From assembly GCF_000009965.1 (NCBI RefSeq), contig NC_006624.1, positions 1,933,989-1,957,988 of the forward strand: a stretch of 24,000 bases of DNA, in the 5' to 3' direction. Below, in pieces: positions 22,774 to 24,000 of the stretch. The notes beneath the pieces are model-generated. The model searched no databases, had not been told where the DNA came from, and saw nothing but the letters and a program-made list of their open reading frames with translations. The stretch's first letter is position 1; every line of letters begins with the position of its first letter. Source of the DNA: Thermococcus kodakarensis KOD1 (GTDB taxonomy: Archaea; Methanobacteriota_B; Thermococci; Thermococcales; Thermococcaceae). Made by a program: the position numbers and the translations under genes.

Positions 22774-23355
22774 TCAAATCTCCTCCAACAGCTTCTTTCT
22801 CTTTTCTTCGTACTCCTCCTGGCTTATCACGCCCATGTCGTAGAGCTCCTTGAGCTTCTTCAGCTTTTCGAGCGGGTCTTCTTTCTCTTCCCGAACCTGG
22901 GCTGGCTGGTAAGCTGGCATAGTCCTCGTTACGAATTCCCTCGGCTTCTTCAGAACCCACGTCTCGCTGGTCAGCCCTTTGTTGACGTCTATTGAGACGG
23001 GTTCTACGGCTATGGCGTTGAGGGCATCCTTTATGGCGTTTATCGCCTTTCTAGCTTCCTCCTTGTCCATCCAGCCAAGCTTGAGCGTTATGTTCTCCTC
23101 TCCCTCTATGATAAATTCCGAGCTCATTATACCGAGCTTGACCACGACCTGCTCAAGCTTCTGGTATGGGATGGCCTTGAAGTCGTACCTTCCGAGAACT
23201 TTCTCGTCGAGGTATATTATCCTCCTGTCGGTAACGAGGAGCCACTTTGGCTTTTCGATGCTTATCTTCTTCTTTATGGCGAACAGAACCCTCTCATCCG
23301 GCTCAAGATGTCTTTGAACTGACTTTGGAAGTTTGGGGTTTTCCTCGACTCCCAT
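22774..23355 (-). CDS. Bacterial-type PH-like domain protein with a C-terminal SHOCT domain
   Basis: The likely start is ATG 23355 (MGVEENPKLPKSVQRHLEPDERVLFAIKKK...), preceded by a GGTGAT ribosome-binding site. The PH-like pattern is LLVTDRRIIYLDEK...IPYQKLEQV. The C-terminus LEKLKKLKELYDMGVISQEEYEEKRKKLLEEI is a textbook SHOCT motif. The 76-codon upstream extension in the track is doubtful. Confidence 0.65.
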   Translation of the reverse strand: MGVEENPKLPKSVQRHLEPDERVLFAIKKKISIEKPKWLLVTDRRIIYLDEKVLGRYDFKAIPYQKLEQVVVKLGIMSSEFIIEGEENITLKLGWMDKEEARKAINAIKDALNAIAVEPVSIDVNKGLTSETWVLKKPREFVTRTMPAYQPAQVREEKEDPLEKLKKLKELYDMGVISQEEYEEKRKKLLEEI

Positions 23356-23480
23356 GCGTATCACCCATGATGTCTCTGCGGTTATCGTATATGTACTTTG
23401 CTTCCATCCCCTCTTACAGTGCATCTTTGTTTCTATCTGTGGATTCCTCCAGTTAGGTAGCTCCCATACCAAGTGCACAC

Positions 23481-24000
23481 TTACCCGTCTAATTTCCTGA
23501 ACCTTTCGGGCTTGATCTTTCCCAGGGGGTATATCCTCCAAACTCCCTCGACGCCTTTCCTGGGATTCACCCGGGCTGTCCACGCTTCAACTCTCTCCCT
23601 CTCTCGTGATTGAGAACTCAAAGCGAAGGGACCCTTGATATTACTCACGAGCTCCCCAGACTTCAGTTTTTGAACAATATCTTCCAACGGGACTTCTTCC
23701 AGCGTCCACGTTTTGTTGCTCGGGGCTTTTACTTTCGCCGTTGTTGAGACTGTAACATTGCCCGGGTAATGAGTGACCGCCCTAATCGTGCCGTTCTCTC
23801 CAGCTTATGAACTCCAGTATTACATTCCTCTCAGGAACGCTCATGGGTGAAGGCAGGCGAAGCAAACCTCTGTATCCTAAGGGGGCCTCGTAGAATCCCG
23901 TGATCTCCCACTCTTCCCGTTATTTTGCCTGCTGATATTTCGCTGTCCTTGACGAGTACAAAGTTAACGTAGGTAGTGCTCTTCTTGGGGACTTTTTCAA
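23481..24000 (-). pseudogene. Possible disrupted gene: one protein-like reading split over three minus-strand frames. It extends off the right edge of the window
   Basis: Frame A (24000-23831) ends ...YVNFVLVKDSEISAGKITG then stop. Frame B (23919-23782) reads REEWEITGFYEAPLGYRGLLRLPSPMSVPERNVILEFIS then stop. Frame C (23804-23481) reads AGENGTIRAVTHYPGNVTVSTTAKVKAPSNKTWTLEEVPLEDIVQKLKSGELVSNIKGPF...KIKPERFRKLDG then stop. The segments abut or overlap by a few codons at each switch. Confidence 0.35.

Overview
This window looks like a chromosomal segment of a Thermococcales archaeon. G+C is about 50-55% outside one island, ribosome-binding sites are GGTGG/GGAGGTGA type, and promoters have A/T-rich TATA boxes. 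From unverified memory, the gene order (arcS ... GAPOR, FBP aldolase/phosphatase ... 713-aa GH13 enzyme) matches Thermococcus kodakarensis or a close relative.

Most of the window is ordinary core metabolism and housekeeping:
- Left part: ArcS (partial), a coiled-coil protein, carbamate kinase and an FAD oxidoreductase.
- Middle: GAPOR, FBP aldolase/phosphatase, and an intron-containing tRNA-Trp whose intron is a box C/D guide RNA.
- Right part: an M20 deacylase, a PP-loop/PAPS-reductase-family protein, a secreted Lon-like S16 protease with a CGP-CTERM tail, the TldD/PmbA pair, a membrane-anchored GH13 CGTase-like enzyme, and a PH-like/SHOCT protein.
- Three Thermococcales glycolytic motif (TGM) operators are visible, at the gor, fbp and GH13 promoters.

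The most interesting region is 4.7-7.95 kb. An AT-rich island carries an unlisted 34-codon ORF with a strong Shine-Dalgarno site (MEELIVLERGAFGFNEPNFFICGSFCNPVKDNPN). A T-rich stop signal follows it, then a low-GC radical SAM/SPASM enzyme whose stop codon overlaps the start of an ABC-2 exporter (ATPase plus permease). That is the layout of a sactipeptide/ranthipeptide-type RiPP locus, comparable to sboA-albA...albCD. The permease appears to carry a C-terminal frameshift.

The second unexplained region is an ORF-free stretch of about 860 bp (11.84-12.70 kb) downstream of tRNA-Trp. It is built from three degenerate modules, each with two perfect short hairpins with 3-nt loops, and the differences between hairpin copies are compensatory.

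The right edge of the window seems to hold a gene broken into three reading frames. No CRISPR array, rRNA, transposase or integrase was seen.
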